Source: a virus. From it: a DNA stretch of 64,000 bases. Position numbers and translations under genes: made by a program. Position 1 is the stretch's first letter; every line of letters starts with the position of its first letter. Below the pieces are notes generated by a model. The model was not told the DNA's origin and did no database searches. It saw nothing but the letters and a program-made list of their open reading frames with translations. The stretch lies in IMG/VR virus record IMGVR_UViG_3300032287_003808, positions 67,435 to 131,434 of that record. The stretch is one strand, 5' to 3'. Below, in pieces: positions 9,407-18,506 of this stretch.

Positions 9407-9727
9407 TTATTCTTCACTTTTAATCATTTTTGGTCTCCCTAACTTAAAAGTTCCATTTAATTTTCTTTCTTCTATTTCCTTCAACCTCATCTGTCTTTTA
9501 CTCTCTCCATTAACAGGTCTTCCTTTCTTTAACTCCCCATTACTTCTCTTCTCTTCTAATTCTTTTAGCCTTACCTGTCTAACACTATCTTCTTTAATGG
9601 GTCTTCCTTTTTTAATCTCCCCATTCTTTCTTCTTTCTTCTAATTCCTTTAGTCTTAATTGTCTTACACTTTCAGGATTAACTGGGCGTCCCAATTGTTT
9701 TACTTCAATAATCTCTACTTTTTTCAT
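9407..9727 (-). CDS. AT-hook repeat protein, Ala-free/C-poor paralog of 7049..7471
   Basis: Same 29-aa GRP repeat architecture. Confidence 0.8.
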   Translation of the reverse strand: MKKVEIIEVKQLGRPVNPESVRQLRLKELEERRKNGEIKKGRPIKEDSVRQVRLKELEEKRSNGELKKGRPVNGESKRQMRLKEIEERKLNGTFKLGRPKMIKSEE

Positions 9728-9773
9728 AACACTTATCTTTTTAATTTACTTAAATATACGTAACAAATTTAAC

Positions 9774-9968
9774 TTAAAACATTCCCCCGTCAATAATAAA
9801 TACTTTAGTCTTTTTATTATCATCTTCACTCAGGTATACTTTTTCAGTTCCTATGTACTCAACATCATTATAGTAAATATAATTTGTTGGGTCGGTTCCT
9901 TGAACAATCACTTCTAGATCTTTGTCCTTAACCTTTTCTAATTTTTTAATTAACTCCTTTACTGTCAT
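9774..9968 (-). CDS. early hypothetical protein
   Basis: MTVKELIKKL-type start; own promoter. Confidence 0.75.
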   Translation of the reverse strand: MTVKELIKKLEKVKDKDLEVIVQGTDPTNYIYYNDVEYIGTEKVYLSEDDNKKTKVFIIDGGMF

Positions 9969-10021
9969 AACCTTTTATATTTTTAATTATGTTGAAATAT
10001 ACGTAACAATTTCTAATAATT

Positions 10022-10333
10022 TTATTCCTCACTATCTATCATTTCTTTTAATTCTAGGAAAAAATCATAGGCATCTGTTTTTCCTCCTATATGGAACTCA
10101 TCCAATTCATTCATGGTGTATTCCTCATCATAAGTCTTCCAATCATAAACTGTAAATATCTCTCCATTATACTCTACAATCCATTCCTTCTGAACCTTAT
10201 CATCTCCTGATGCTTCTGGGTGTGTTGGTTCCCCTAGTACCCTAACTAGGTCCTGGTAGGTACAGTTAATGTATCCTTTAAATCCAGACCCTGATGTCTT
10301 CCCTTTTAATTCATTTTCTTTTAATACTTTCAT
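10022..10333 (-). CDS. early hypothetical protein
   Basis: Own promoter; LGEP..DDKVQKEW..TVYDWK..FHIGG. Confidence 0.75.
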   Translation of the reverse strand: MKVLKENELKGKTSGSGFKGYINCTYQDLVRVLGEPTHPEASGDDKVQKEWIVEYNGEIFTVYDWKTYDEEYTMNELDEFHIGGKTDAYDFFLELKEMIDSEE

Positions 10334-10364
10334 AACCTTTTTTCTTTTAATATACGTAACTCTT

Positions 10365-10517
10365 TTAATCTAAGCTTATCCCCTTATGTTTATCTTTACG
10401 GGTGTATTTCTTTTTTGATTCCATCGCCCTCGCAACAAATCTTCCATCAAAGTACCCCTGTTGTTTCTGTGATTCCCTTGTGGCTCCTATGTTCATTTTA
10501 ATTGTCTCCTTTTTCAT
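10365..10517 (-). CDS. 50-aa basic peptide, possibly ArfA-like
   Basis: ...FDGRFVARAMESKKKYTRKDKHKG; own promoter. Confidence 0.55.
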   Translation of the reverse strand: MKKETIKMNIGATRESQKQQGYFDGRFVARAMESKKKYTRKDKHKGISLD

Positions 10518-10881
10518 TTCTTTTATTTTTAATAAATATACGAAACAATTTTAATAATTTTTAGTCCCTTTTAATCATTCTCCCCCCTGTTCCCCCGTGG
10601 GGGTGTGGGGGTTGTATATACTTTCGTTCTCTACCCAAAGGGTCGTGTTCGCACCATGTAAGGGTCCGATACGACATTCCTCTATTCCACACTTATCATC
10701 TCCTGTTTTCCACCTACTCACAATCACTTCTAATCTCATTACCCCCTTATATTCCTGTTTGTCACCCATTGGTAAATATCCTTAATAAATTAAACGCGTA
10801 TAAAACACTCAAATAACACTTATGATACATTTTATATTTTAATGGTGTTCTCATTTATATCACATTTATTTCATTTCTTAT

Positions 10882-11064
10882 TTAATTATCTCCAAGGTAT
10901 GTTTCATAAATTTCTAGTAATTCCTCTCCATCTACAATAAACGGATCTGTTTCCTCAAGAAATCCAAACTTACCATTGTCGGTCACTTCAAATTTATCCA
11001 CTTCAAGTTGGAGAATATCAAATCCATTCTCAACTAATTCCTTAAATGCTGTTTTTACTTCCAT
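10882..11064 (-). CDS. acidic hypothetical protein
   Basis: Own promoter. Confidence 0.7.
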   Translation of the reverse strand: MEVKTAFKELVENGFDILQLEVDKFEVTDNGKFGFLEETDPFIVDGEELLEIYETYLGDN

Positions 11065-11119
11065 AACTTTTTATTTTAATATACGTAAGTGATTTTTATT
11101 ATTTTACTCCTCTATAATC

Positions 11120-11194
11120 TCATTCCACCCAATAACCTCTAATCACTAACATAACAATCAATACACTAATGAATACTCCTATAAACAATTCCAT
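11120..11194 (-). CDS. 24-aa hydrophobic peptide
   Basis: MELFIGVFISVLIVMLVIRGYWVE; only 1 C in the coding strand. Confidence 0.5.
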   Translation of the reverse strand: MELFIGVFISVLIVMLVIRGYWVE

Positions 11195-11195
11195 A

Positions 11196-11351
11196 TCAAA
11201 ACACTATAAAATCCTCTAAATACTCACCTGTTCCTTTTCCGTTCTTAGTTATTTCATAACTCGGATCCATTCCACTATACATTACACGATCAATTAACTC
11301 TTGTAATGAATTAAATTCTTCCTTAAAGTAACTACAATCTAAACTATACAT
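11196..11351 (-). CDS. 51-aa hypothetical protein
   Basis: MYSLDCSYFKEEFNSLQELIDRVMYSGMDPSYEI...; own promoter. Confidence 0.7.
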   Translation of the reverse strand: MYSLDCSYFKEEFNSLQELIDRVMYSGMDPSYEITKNGKGTGEYLEDFIVF

Positions 11352-11395
11352 AACTTTCTTATTTTTTATTTATACTGAAATATACGTTCTCTCTT

Positions 11396-11596
11396 TTATA
11401 TCTCTTCTTCCTTTATGGTTTGTCTTGTAAATTCTATTGTTACAGAACTCTCATAAATCGTTTCTGTAGTTGTCTCACATGAATCTGCTTCCCGGTTCAT
11501 GATCATTTCCATTGCTGTTTCTTCATCCTTAGCAATTATTTCATAAGTGTAAGTGACCATAGCAGGTACTTGTTCCTCAATTATATATCTTTTCAT
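11396..11596 (-). CDS. acidic hypothetical protein
   Basis: ORF with A-rich leader. Confidence 0.7.
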   Translation of the reverse strand: MKRYIIEEQVPAMVTYTYEIIAKDEETAMEMIMNREADSCETTTETIYESSVTIEFTRQTIKEEEI

Positions 11597-11608
11597 AATT
11601 TCTTTCTT

Positions 11609-11776
11609 TTAATCCTCAATTTTCACTCCTAATAGTTGACACATATGTTCTAAATCAATTTGGATGTCTCCTTTATTCCGTAACACTACTTTTAATGAAT
11701 TAACCATTTGTACTACATTAGGATGATTTGAAGCCATTTCTGCTTTCTTAATGAACTTACTTAATTTTATTTTCAT
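11609..11776 (-). CDS. 55-aa hypothetical protein
   Basis: MKIKLSKFIKKAEMASNHP...; own promoter. Confidence 0.65.
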   Translation of the reverse strand: MKIKLSKFIKKAEMASNHPNVVQMVNSLKVVLRNKGDIQIDLEHMCQLLGVKIED

Positions 11777-11921
11777 AACTTTTTTATTTGAATATATGAA
11801 ACTAAATTTATATTTTTTATTCCCCTCTTTTTATGGTACTAATTATTTTTTAAAGTCATTACTTATCTCTCCTATGCTTATTACAACTAGCAATACTAAT
11901 ATAACACCCACTACTCCCATG

Positions 11922-12134
11922 TTAATCTTGTATTAGTTCTATTTCATCCTCAGTGTGCCAATTTGCGGTATTTTCTGTTCCAACGTGTGTTCGTCCTTCT
12001 ACAAGTACTCTATAATCTAGTCTATCATTTTCATCTAAATCATATTCAACAATGGTTCCTACATCATCTACTTTATTGATTGATCCGTTTTCTGATGATA
12101 CAATTTTTACTTTATCTCCTACTTTATATTTCAT
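11922..12134 (-). CDS. SH3-like small protein
   Basis: MKYKVGDKVKIV...VGTIV. Confidence 0.7.
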   Translation of the reverse strand: MKYKVGDKVKIVSSENGSINKVDDVGTIVEYDLDENDRLDYRVLVEGRTHVGTENTANWHTEDEIELIQD

Positions 12135-12174
12135 CTTTTTTTTATTTTAATATACGTTCTTTATTTTATATCTC

Positions 12175-12399
12175 TTAATCCTCACTTATTTCTACACCAC
12201 CATTCCCTTTATCGATAAAGCTTACGGATCCATCTGCAAACTGTACTTCAATAATGTCCTCGTCCATAGTATCAATAATCTCAACATCGTTGAATACTTC
12301 CCCAGCGGTTATTTCTTCTTCCTCCATAATGGGATCCTCTTCTTCATCAAATCCTACACAAACTTCGATGCACTGGTCTTTTAAAAATTTAATTTTCAT
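12175..12399 (-). CDS. very acidic hypothetical protein
   Basis: Own promoter. Confidence 0.75.
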   Translation of the reverse strand: MKIKFLKDQCIEVCVGFDEEEDPIMEEEEITAGEVFNDVEIIDTMDEDIIEVQFADGSVSFIDKGNGGVEISED

Positions 12400-12452
12400 A
12401 ATTTCTCTTTTTTATTTTAATATACGAAACTTATTTTTAATCTTTTATTCCT

Positions 12453-12749
12453 TTATCTACTTTTTACTTCTGATATAACTGATGTTCCTGAATTGATCAT
12501 TGCTATGACTCCACCCCATTCATTCTCATCTGCTTCCCATTCAACATCATGTTTTGGATGTTTTATTTGGAAATTGGAATAAGCGAATCCGTTACAATGC
12601 ATTTTGAAATCACCATCATCATTCTTCTTAAATGTCATGTAATGGATGTTATCACACATACATGATACTGTTGTAAACACTACCTCTCTAGCTCCTTCTT
12701 TAATAGTTAGTTTAGGTGGGTTTCTTCTTAATTCTACATACTTACTCAT
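12453..12749 (-). CDS. hypothetical protein
   Basis: Own promoter. Confidence 0.75.
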   Translation of the reverse strand: MSKYVELRRNPPKLTIKEGAREVVFTTVSCMCDNIHYMTFKKNDDGDFKMHCNGFAYSNFQIKHPKHDVEWEADENEWGGVIAMINSGTSVISEVKSR

Positions 12750-12794
12750 AACTTTTCTTTTTTATTTTAATATATGTAACAAATTTTACTAAGT

Positions 12795-13010
12795 TTATTC
12801 CCCAATTACTTTATCAATAAATTCTAATACTTCAGCTACCAGTTCTGGTTCATCAATATGGTGTCCATCTTTACTTCGTAGTGAATAATCAAGTACTTTT
12901 TTACTATCCCCATCAACTAATTCAACATAGATCATAACCCCTTCTGTTGGGTGTTGAATTTTGATTAGGCGTTCTACAACTGTGTTCTCTGAGCGTGTTA
13001 AAACTTCCAT
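12795..13010 (-). CDS. hypothetical protein
   Basis: Own promoter. Confidence 0.75.
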   Translation of the reverse strand: MEVLTRSENTVVERLIKIQHPTEGVMIYVELVDGDSKKVLDYSLRSKDGHHIDEPELVAEVLEFIDKVIGE

Positions 13011-13053
13011 AACTTTTTTTTTATTTTAATATACGAAACTTATTTTAATTATT

Positions 13054-13518
13054 TTAATCCTCTACTTTAATGGCAAATAATACCTTTGCTTTGAGTCGGT
13101 TACCATCATTATCATTTCCTACTACAACTCCATCAATAATTGAAAATGCATGTCCCTTAACTATTATTAAATATCTTCCTTTAGGAAACCGTTCTAGAAA
13201 TAAACGTAACGGTACATTAACTGGCTCACCACCTTTTTTCTGGTGTATATCTGATCCGGGGTATAATAGGTTTTCTTTATGTACTAATTTGTATTTGACT
13301 CCTAATATGTTATCTCTAGCTCTTAGTTTCAATGTGGTTCCAAATGTGCCCTTTCGTGGTTCCCGTCCAAATTCATTCGCTACAAACTTATGAGCAACAT
13401 CATACTTCAATCCAAACGTTGATGCAACTGCTCTAACTACACAATCGTTACGTTCACCTTTGGCTATCGCACTCTCGTTATAGCCAATAATGTGGTCTGC
13501 CGATTTAATACTTTTCAT
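13054..13518 (-). CDS. papain-like (C39-like) fold protein
   Basis: NDCVVRA ... GHAF putative Cys/His dyad. Confidence 0.55.
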   Translation of the reverse strand: MKSIKSADHIIGYNESAIAKGERNDCVVRAVASTFGLKYDVAHKFVANEFGREPRKGTFGTTLKLRARDNILGVKYKLVHKENLLYPGSDIHQKKGGEPVNVPLRLFLERFPKGRYLIIVKGHAFSIIDGVVVGNDNDGNRLKAKVLFAIKVED

Positions 13519-13560
13519 AACCTTTTTTATTTGAATATACGAAACAAATTTTATTGATGG

Positions 13561-13752
13561 CTATCCCTTCTTAACTAATTTTTTATGTAGCCGTTTTAAT
13601 TTGGCTTTTAAACGTTTAACTTCTAATCGTCTTAAGTATGGGCCATGGTTGTAAGTGCTTCCTTCCCAAGCCATGGTCCATACTGTTTTGTCTGTTTGAA
13701 GAAACTCAATTCGCTTTTGAATCTGCTCTATTGATTGTTCTGTTGTTACCAT
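13561..13752 (-). CDS. hypothetical protein
   Basis: Overlaps upstream stop. Confidence 0.65.
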   Translation of the reverse strand: MVTTEQSIEQIQKRIEFLQTDKTVWTMAWEGSTYNHGPYLRRLEVKRLKAKLKRLHKKLVKKG

Positions 13753-14084
13753 TTTACAGAATATTTATCAAGTATTTCTTTTGAATATAGGTGTGAATTG
13801 TCATTATATGATACAACATCCTCCCACCAACGGATACCTACTTGTAATCGTGGTATTGCAAATGAAGTAATATCATCATCATGAACATAAAATAACAAAT
13901 CAGTTCTACCACCTGTGTCTTTTATTTCATTTCCATTCTTATCCAAATCAGGATTGGTAATTACTTCCTGTTCAAATTGGATCCTAGTGTTAAATTCTTG
14001 TTGGAAAAAATTAACTAGTTCCTGTGGTTTGCTGTCTCCTAATGTTGTTGCAGGCCAAACACATAATTGATTAAATTTACTCAT
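13746..14084 (-). CDS. hypothetical protein
   Basis: Own promoter. Confidence 0.75.
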   Translation of the reverse strand: MSKFNQLCVWPATTLGDSKPQELVNFFQQEFNTRIQFEQEVITNPDLDKNGNEIKDTGGRTDLLFYVHDDDITSFAIPRLQVGIRWWEDVVSYNDNSHLYSKEILDKYSVKW

Positions 14085-14120
14085 AACTTTTCTTTTTTTA
14101 ATTTACTTTAATATACGAAA

Positions 14121-14348
14121 CTAATCTTCATCTCCATCATCCTCTTCATCTAACCTATCAATGTACTGTTGAATACCCATATTGTAAGTACCCTCAGCAT
14201 CAACCCAGCTGCGTAGATGTCCTATAATATAAGCGTCAGCATGTCCTTTCATTGATGTTCCTCTCAACGCTGTTTCAATGTTTCTAATCGCTGTGTTTAA
14301 TTGTTCCATTGCCTCATATAGCAATTGTTCTCTGTCTCTTTTTTCCAT
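14121..14348 (-). CDS. hypothetical protein
   Basis: Own promoter. Confidence 0.75.
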   Translation of the reverse strand: MEKRDREQLLYEAMEQLNTAIRNIETALRGTSMKGHADAYIIGHLRSWVDAEGTYNMGIQQYIDRLDEEDDGDED

Positions 14349-14370
14349 AACTTTTTTATTTGAATATACG

Positions 14371-14393
14371 AAAGGCTCTCTAATGAGAGCCTT
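14371..14393 (-). terminator. terminator embedded in promoter
   Basis: AAGGCTCTC-N4-GAGAGCCTT. Confidence 0.65.
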
Positions 14394-14415
14394 CCTTTAT
14401 TAAACTTTATTTTAT

Positions 14416-14826
14416 TTATTCTGCTTCTCTTTGAGCTTCAATAAACCCATCTACTTGTTCTGTTGAGTTCTCATTGTATGTCTCTACTTGTAGATCTTCC
14501 TCTTCTGGTTCTTCAATTATATACTCACTCAGTACAGCCCCTACATGTTCCATTATTTCATAAACATTCACATCCACACTACGCAACTCAATCCGATTAT
14601 CATAAGTCAATTCAAGCTCAGCGCTATCCAAATCAATCAGATCCTCACTATTATGATCTAATACCCTTTCAATTCTGTTTGCTACCTCATCAGCTAATGC
14701 TTGGGTAATTCCTATTTTTGCTTCTGATTCAATTTGTTCAATCAGTACAATCACTTTGTCAATATCAACCTGTGATGATAATGTTTTTGCTGCTTCTAGC
14801 TGCTTAATCAATTCTACTTTTTTCAT
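14416..14826 (-). CDS. acidic hypothetical protein
   Basis: Own promoter. Confidence 0.75.
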   Translation of the reverse strand: MKKVELIKQLEAAKTLSSQVDIDKVIVLIEQIESEAKIGITQALADEVANRIERVLDHNSEDLIDLDSAELELTYDNRIELRSVDVNVYEIMEHVGAVLSEYIIEEPEEEDLQVETYNENSTEQVDGFIEAQREAE

Positions 14827-14886
14827 AACTTTTCTTTTTTTAATTTAATTGAATATACGTAATTTACTTTGTTAAAAATATTCCTC

Positions 14887-15123
14887 TTACATTTTATTTA
14901 TAAACTCATCACGAACCAAAGCGGCCGTTTCAAATTCCTCAGTCTCAATTAGGAACATCATAAAATTAGTAATGAATGATTTTATGTCACCCTCAAATTC
15001 TGTTTCCAATATGAAATGCATTTTTAACTTTTCAGGAAAATCAGCTGAGCATTGTCTGATTATTGGGTGCATGTTGACTGCTTCAGCAATCACTTGTTCG
15101 ATGTTAAACTCATTTACTTCCAT
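14887..15123 (-). CDS. hypothetical protein with UVR-like motif
   Basis: ETEEFETAALVRD. Confidence 0.7.
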   Translation of the reverse strand: MEVNEFNIEQVIAEAVNMHPIIRQCSADFPEKLKMHFILETEFEGDIKSFITNFMMFLIETEEFETAALVRDEFINKM

Positions 15124-15164
15124 AACCTTTATTTTTTAATTTACTTTAATATACGAAATTTATT

Positions 15165-15380
15165 TTAAGCTTCTTCATCCTTTTCATCAAAATATTCTAA
15201 TTGGGCAAGGACTTCTTTTAACTCCCTTAGAGCAAACTCAATTGTATGAATAGAACGGTTTTTCATTTCAGTAGAGATAGACTCATTCTCCATAGTATTT
15301 TTAATACCATTCTCGAACCCTTTAATTTTTCCTGTTAGTGTCGCTCTAACACTTTCTAGTTGAATGTTGTACTTTTTCAT
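15165..15380 (-). CDS. hypothetical protein
   Basis: Own promoter. Confidence 0.75.
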   Translation of the reverse strand: MKKYNIQLESVRATLTGKIKGFENGIKNTMENESISTEMKNRSIHTIEFALRELKEVLAQLEYFDEKDEEA

Positions 15381-15414
15381 AACCTTTTTTTTTATTTAAT
15401 ATACGAAACCTATT

Positions 15415-15741
15415 TTAATAATCTTCATCCTCATCATACTCATAACCATTATATTCATCATACAACTCTTGTGTAATGATTTCTTCTAATGTTGCCCAGT
15501 TGTTATCTATATGTTTTTCTATTATATCATTCTGTTTATCTGTGAATTGTGTTTTATCCCATTTCAATTCATCTAAGACTAAATAATTAGTACCAGCATC
15601 ATAATAAGATGAACCCCAAAATTCATATGAACCAATACCATCATTTTCAGGATGTAGTTCACAATCAAATTCTATTTCTAGATACTCCTCACCACATTCA
15701 ATTTCATGATGGAATGTTGATGTTACTGTGTTTTTCTTCAT
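15415..15741 (-). CDS. very acidic hypothetical protein
   Basis: Own promoter; ENDGIGSYEFWG. Confidence 0.75.
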   Translation of the reverse strand: MKKNTVTSTFHHEIECGEEYLEIEFDCELHPENDGIGSYEFWGSSYYDAGTNYLVLDELKWDKTQFTDKQNDIIEKHIDNNWATLEEIITQELYDEYNGYEYDEDEDY

Positions 15742-15794
15742 AACTTTTTTTATTTAAATATACGAAATCAATCTTATGAATTTTATTCCCTTAA

Positions 15795-16088
15795 TCAATA
15801 AACCCAATTTTCTAATTTATTCTTTAAATCCTCAGGTGTTTTGAATGAAAACTTTCTACCAACTTTACCACTACCACAAAATTTCCCGATCAAACCAAAA
15901 GCCATAATTGTAGTTGGTTTCATTCCTCTTAATGCCGCTACACGGTTTGGTTTAGTTTCATCCAAATATATGTGAAAACTATTACCATTTGATGCCTTAT
16001 ATTGCACTAGTGTGTAATCATTGAATGGATATGAATTTTCAAATCCATTTTTGATTAGTTGCTCTTTAACTTCTTTTAAACTTTTCAT
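15795..16088 (-). CDS. hypothetical protein
   Basis: Own promoter. Confidence 0.75.
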   Translation of the reverse strand: MKSLKEVKEQLIKNGFENSYPFNDYTLVQYKASNGNSFHIYLDETKPNRVAALRGMKPTTIMAFGLIGKFCGSGKVGRKFSFKTPEDLKNKLENWVY

Positions 16089-16115
16089 AACCTTTTTTTC
16101 TTTTAATATACGAAA

Positions 16116-16493
16116 CTAATCTTCATCATCTTCTTCCCTTGTAAATCTTTTCACTGAAAGTTCAAAATCTAAAATATCTAGTTCCTCTTTTAGACGTTCT
16201 AAAAATGATTCATTCCCATCATCACCGGCTAACAACCAATCCATACGTTGAGCATATATTTCTGCTTTGCGGAGTATTTCATAGCCTCTTTTGAACTCAG
16301 TCATAACCTCATCTGGGAGTGTGTAATGGTTTAAATCTTCAGGATATTTTTTATACCAATCATCATTACGCCATGATTCTTCTTTTAATTCACGTTCTGT
16401 TTTAGGCGCTCCACTTAAAGCTATTTCATGTTCAACACGGTCAGCTATTTCTCTAATACGTCGTTGGTTGTAATCAAATGTTCCTCCACTCAT
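16116..16493 (-). CDS. phage hypothetical protein
   Basis: MSGGxFDY N-terminus, DWLLAGDDG. Confidence 0.75.
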   Translation of the reverse strand: MSGGTFDYNQRRIREIADRVEHEIALSGAPKTERELKEESWRNDDWYKKYPEDLNHYTLPDEVMTEFKRGYEILRKAEIYAQRMDWLLAGDDGNESFLERLKEELDILDFELSVKRFTREEDDED

Positions 16494-16498
16494 AATTT

Positions 16499-16825
16499 TT
16501 AATCTATAGTTATTGATTCAAGTCCAAATAATTCATTCAATACTGTTTCTTCCATTCCTTCAAATCCTGTATCATCCATTGCTTCTATTACTTCTATAAT
16601 ACTTGTAGCTGATTTTACTTTTGATATAGCATTTTTACACGCGTTAAAATTGAGTCGAATACTTTGAATGATGTCCTCAATTTCATCAACTGTTTTATCT
16701 TTATCTCTATTTACTACTATTCCAATGTCTTGAAACATCTCATTAGTGAAACTATCAACATGTTCTTCTAACATAGTAATTACTCGCTGTTTTCCTTCTT
16801 CGAAATTAAATCTTAAATTTTTCAT
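16499..16825 (-). CDS. hypothetical protein
   Basis: Own promoter. Confidence 0.75.
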   Translation of the reverse strand: MKNLRFNFEEGKQRVITMLEEHVDSFTNEMFQDIGIVVNRDKDKTVDEIEDIIQSIRLNFNACKNAISKVKSATSIIEVIEAMDDTGFEGMEETVLNELFGLESITID

Positions 16826-16860
16826 AACTCTTATTTTTATTTTAATATACGAAACTATTT

Positions 16861-17151
16861 TTAGAGAACCTCTTCCTTTATTTTTTCAAATTGATATTCA
16901 AAATAACCACCATTGTCTTGACTGCCTGATAGATCATCTCTGATCCATTCTACTTTGACATATTCTTCATCTCCGGCTCCAACATAGTATCCTTGAAATA
17001 CAGCTGTTGCTCCTTCTTGGGCTTCATAGTTTTCAGCTCCTTTGAATTCTAAAATGTCCCCTTCTTTAAATTTCATAGTCTTTTCTTTTTTAATAGGCAT
17101 GTCTCCATCTGATAACTGTGGGTCGTCCCATGATGTATCTCTTTTAGTCAT
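16861..17151 (-). CDS. hypothetical protein (SH3-like)
   Basis: MKFKEGDILEF segment. Confidence 0.7.
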   Translation of the reverse strand: MTKRDTSWDDPQLSDGDMPIKKEKTMKFKEGDILEFKGAENYEAQEGATAVFQGYYVGAGDEEYVKVEWIRDDLSGSQDNGGYFEYQFEKIKEEVL

Positions 17152-17152
17152 A

Positions 17153-17374
17153 TTATTTTAGTGTGACTGCGATTATAGCTACAATTACAGCTACAATAGC
17201 CGCAATTGCTACTATTGCTATAACTAACGCTAATGGAATCCATAACGGGCTTGTTACCCACCACCATGACCAATTTGCTACTGGTCCTATTTCTGCTAAT
17301 TTAAGGGTTAAGAATATCAGAAACAATACTGTTCCAATACCAATTCCGCTTGTTGTTGTTTTTTTATCACTCAT
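17153..17374 (-). CDS. small membrane protein
   Basis: LFLIFLTLKL..WSWWWVTSPLW. Confidence 0.8.
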   Translation of the reverse strand: MSDKKTTTSGIGIGTVLFLIFLTLKLAEIGPVANWSWWWVTSPLWIPLALVIAIVAIAAIVAVIVAIIAVTLK

Positions 17375-17416
17375 TATATCACTTTTAATTTATTTTAATA
17401 TACGAAACTAATTTTA

Positions 17417-18478
17417 TTATTCAAAATCCCTTATTGCTATTACTTTAGGGAATCGTGGAACGCCATCTGTGGTTAATTCAAAGTATTTAACAGTTGCTTT
17501 TTTACCTATTAAATCACCTCGTTTAAATAACATTTCTAAATACTCATGGTCTCCATTCACTGCTGAATCAAATCCATCAAATACTAGTTTGCCTATTTTA
17601 CCTGTTAGTTTTCCTTTACCTTCAACTACGCCTTTAATTTCAAACTCATCATCCATGAATGATTTATGTTTAAGTAAGTGTTTTGAACGCTTATTCTCAT
17701 ACTCACTACTTAACACTCTAACCATTTGACCTTCATACCCATCAGCCATATAAACACGATACATATCCATTAAATCTTCTTCATTATGTATAATAGTTGT
17801 ATCAACTACAATACAGCATCCAGGTAAATCTAAATCATTTATAGCAAAACTTCGTTCATGGAATTGACCTGTATGTGATGGCAAGTCATAGATCCAATAT
17901 TGGATGTATTGTTTGCTTTCAATTATATCATTCGGAGTTGGTTTTGTTTTTCTAACACACGAGATAATCTTATTAAAATCAACCCCATCACTCTTATGAG
18001 CATACAACTCACCATCAAATACTAAATCAGGATATTTTTCAAATAGTGGTTTTAATGCTTCATGAATGTGGGGGGCAGATATAAGTTCTTTCCCGTTGCG
18101 ACTTCTCATTCCATCAATATCAATAATACATCTTACACCATCTAATTTAGGTTGAGTTGCTACTGGATATTTGATTTTGTCTTTATAGTCATTGTAATCA
18201 TGAGCCAACATTGGTTTGAAGAATATAGGTTTATCAATGTCATTGATGTCTTCAAATGCTCCTAAATCCATTTTCTTTTTATGTAACGCTTTAGCTTGCT
18301 TTTGTGCTTGTTCTTCTGCTGTACAATATGATTTAGCCTCACATACAGTCCATTCAGATATAACTTTTTGACCATCAGTGAACCCTGACATTGTTCTGAA
18401 TTTATTTGTTTCAGTTTCAATTGTCCATTCACTGATTTTTCCTGTCGTGGAACGTTTATACAATGTTTTAAATATCAT
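17417..18478 (-). CDS. lig: ATP-dependent DNA ligase
   Basis: PMLA, QPKLDGVR, DGELY, YEGQMVR, YENKRS..LLKHK, GVPRFP. Confidence 0.95.
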   Translation of the reverse strand: MIFKTLYKRSTTGKISEWTIETETNKFRTMSGFTDGQKVISEWTVCEAKSYCTAEEQAQKQAKALHKKKMDLGAFEDINDIDKPIFFKPMLAHDYNDYKDKIKYPVATQPKLDGVRCIIDIDGMRSRNGKELISAPHIHEALKPLFEKYPDLVFDGELYAHKSDGVDFNKIISCVRKTKPTPNDIIESKQYIQYWIYDLPSHTGQFHERSFAINDLDLPGCCIVVDTTIIHNEEDLMDMYRVYMADGYEGQMVRVLSSEYENKRSKHLLKHKSFMDDEFEIKGVVEGKGKLTGKIGKLVFDGFDSAVNGDHEYLEMLFKRGDLIGKKATVKYFELTTDGVPRFPKVIAIRDFE

Positions 18479-18506
18479 AACTCTTATTTTTATTTAATAT
18501 ATGAAA

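Noticed and set aside
10575-10785. ORFs in the 10.6-10.8 kb island
   Set aside because: No promoter or A-rich start; they span G/C homopolymer runs, so non-coding is more likely
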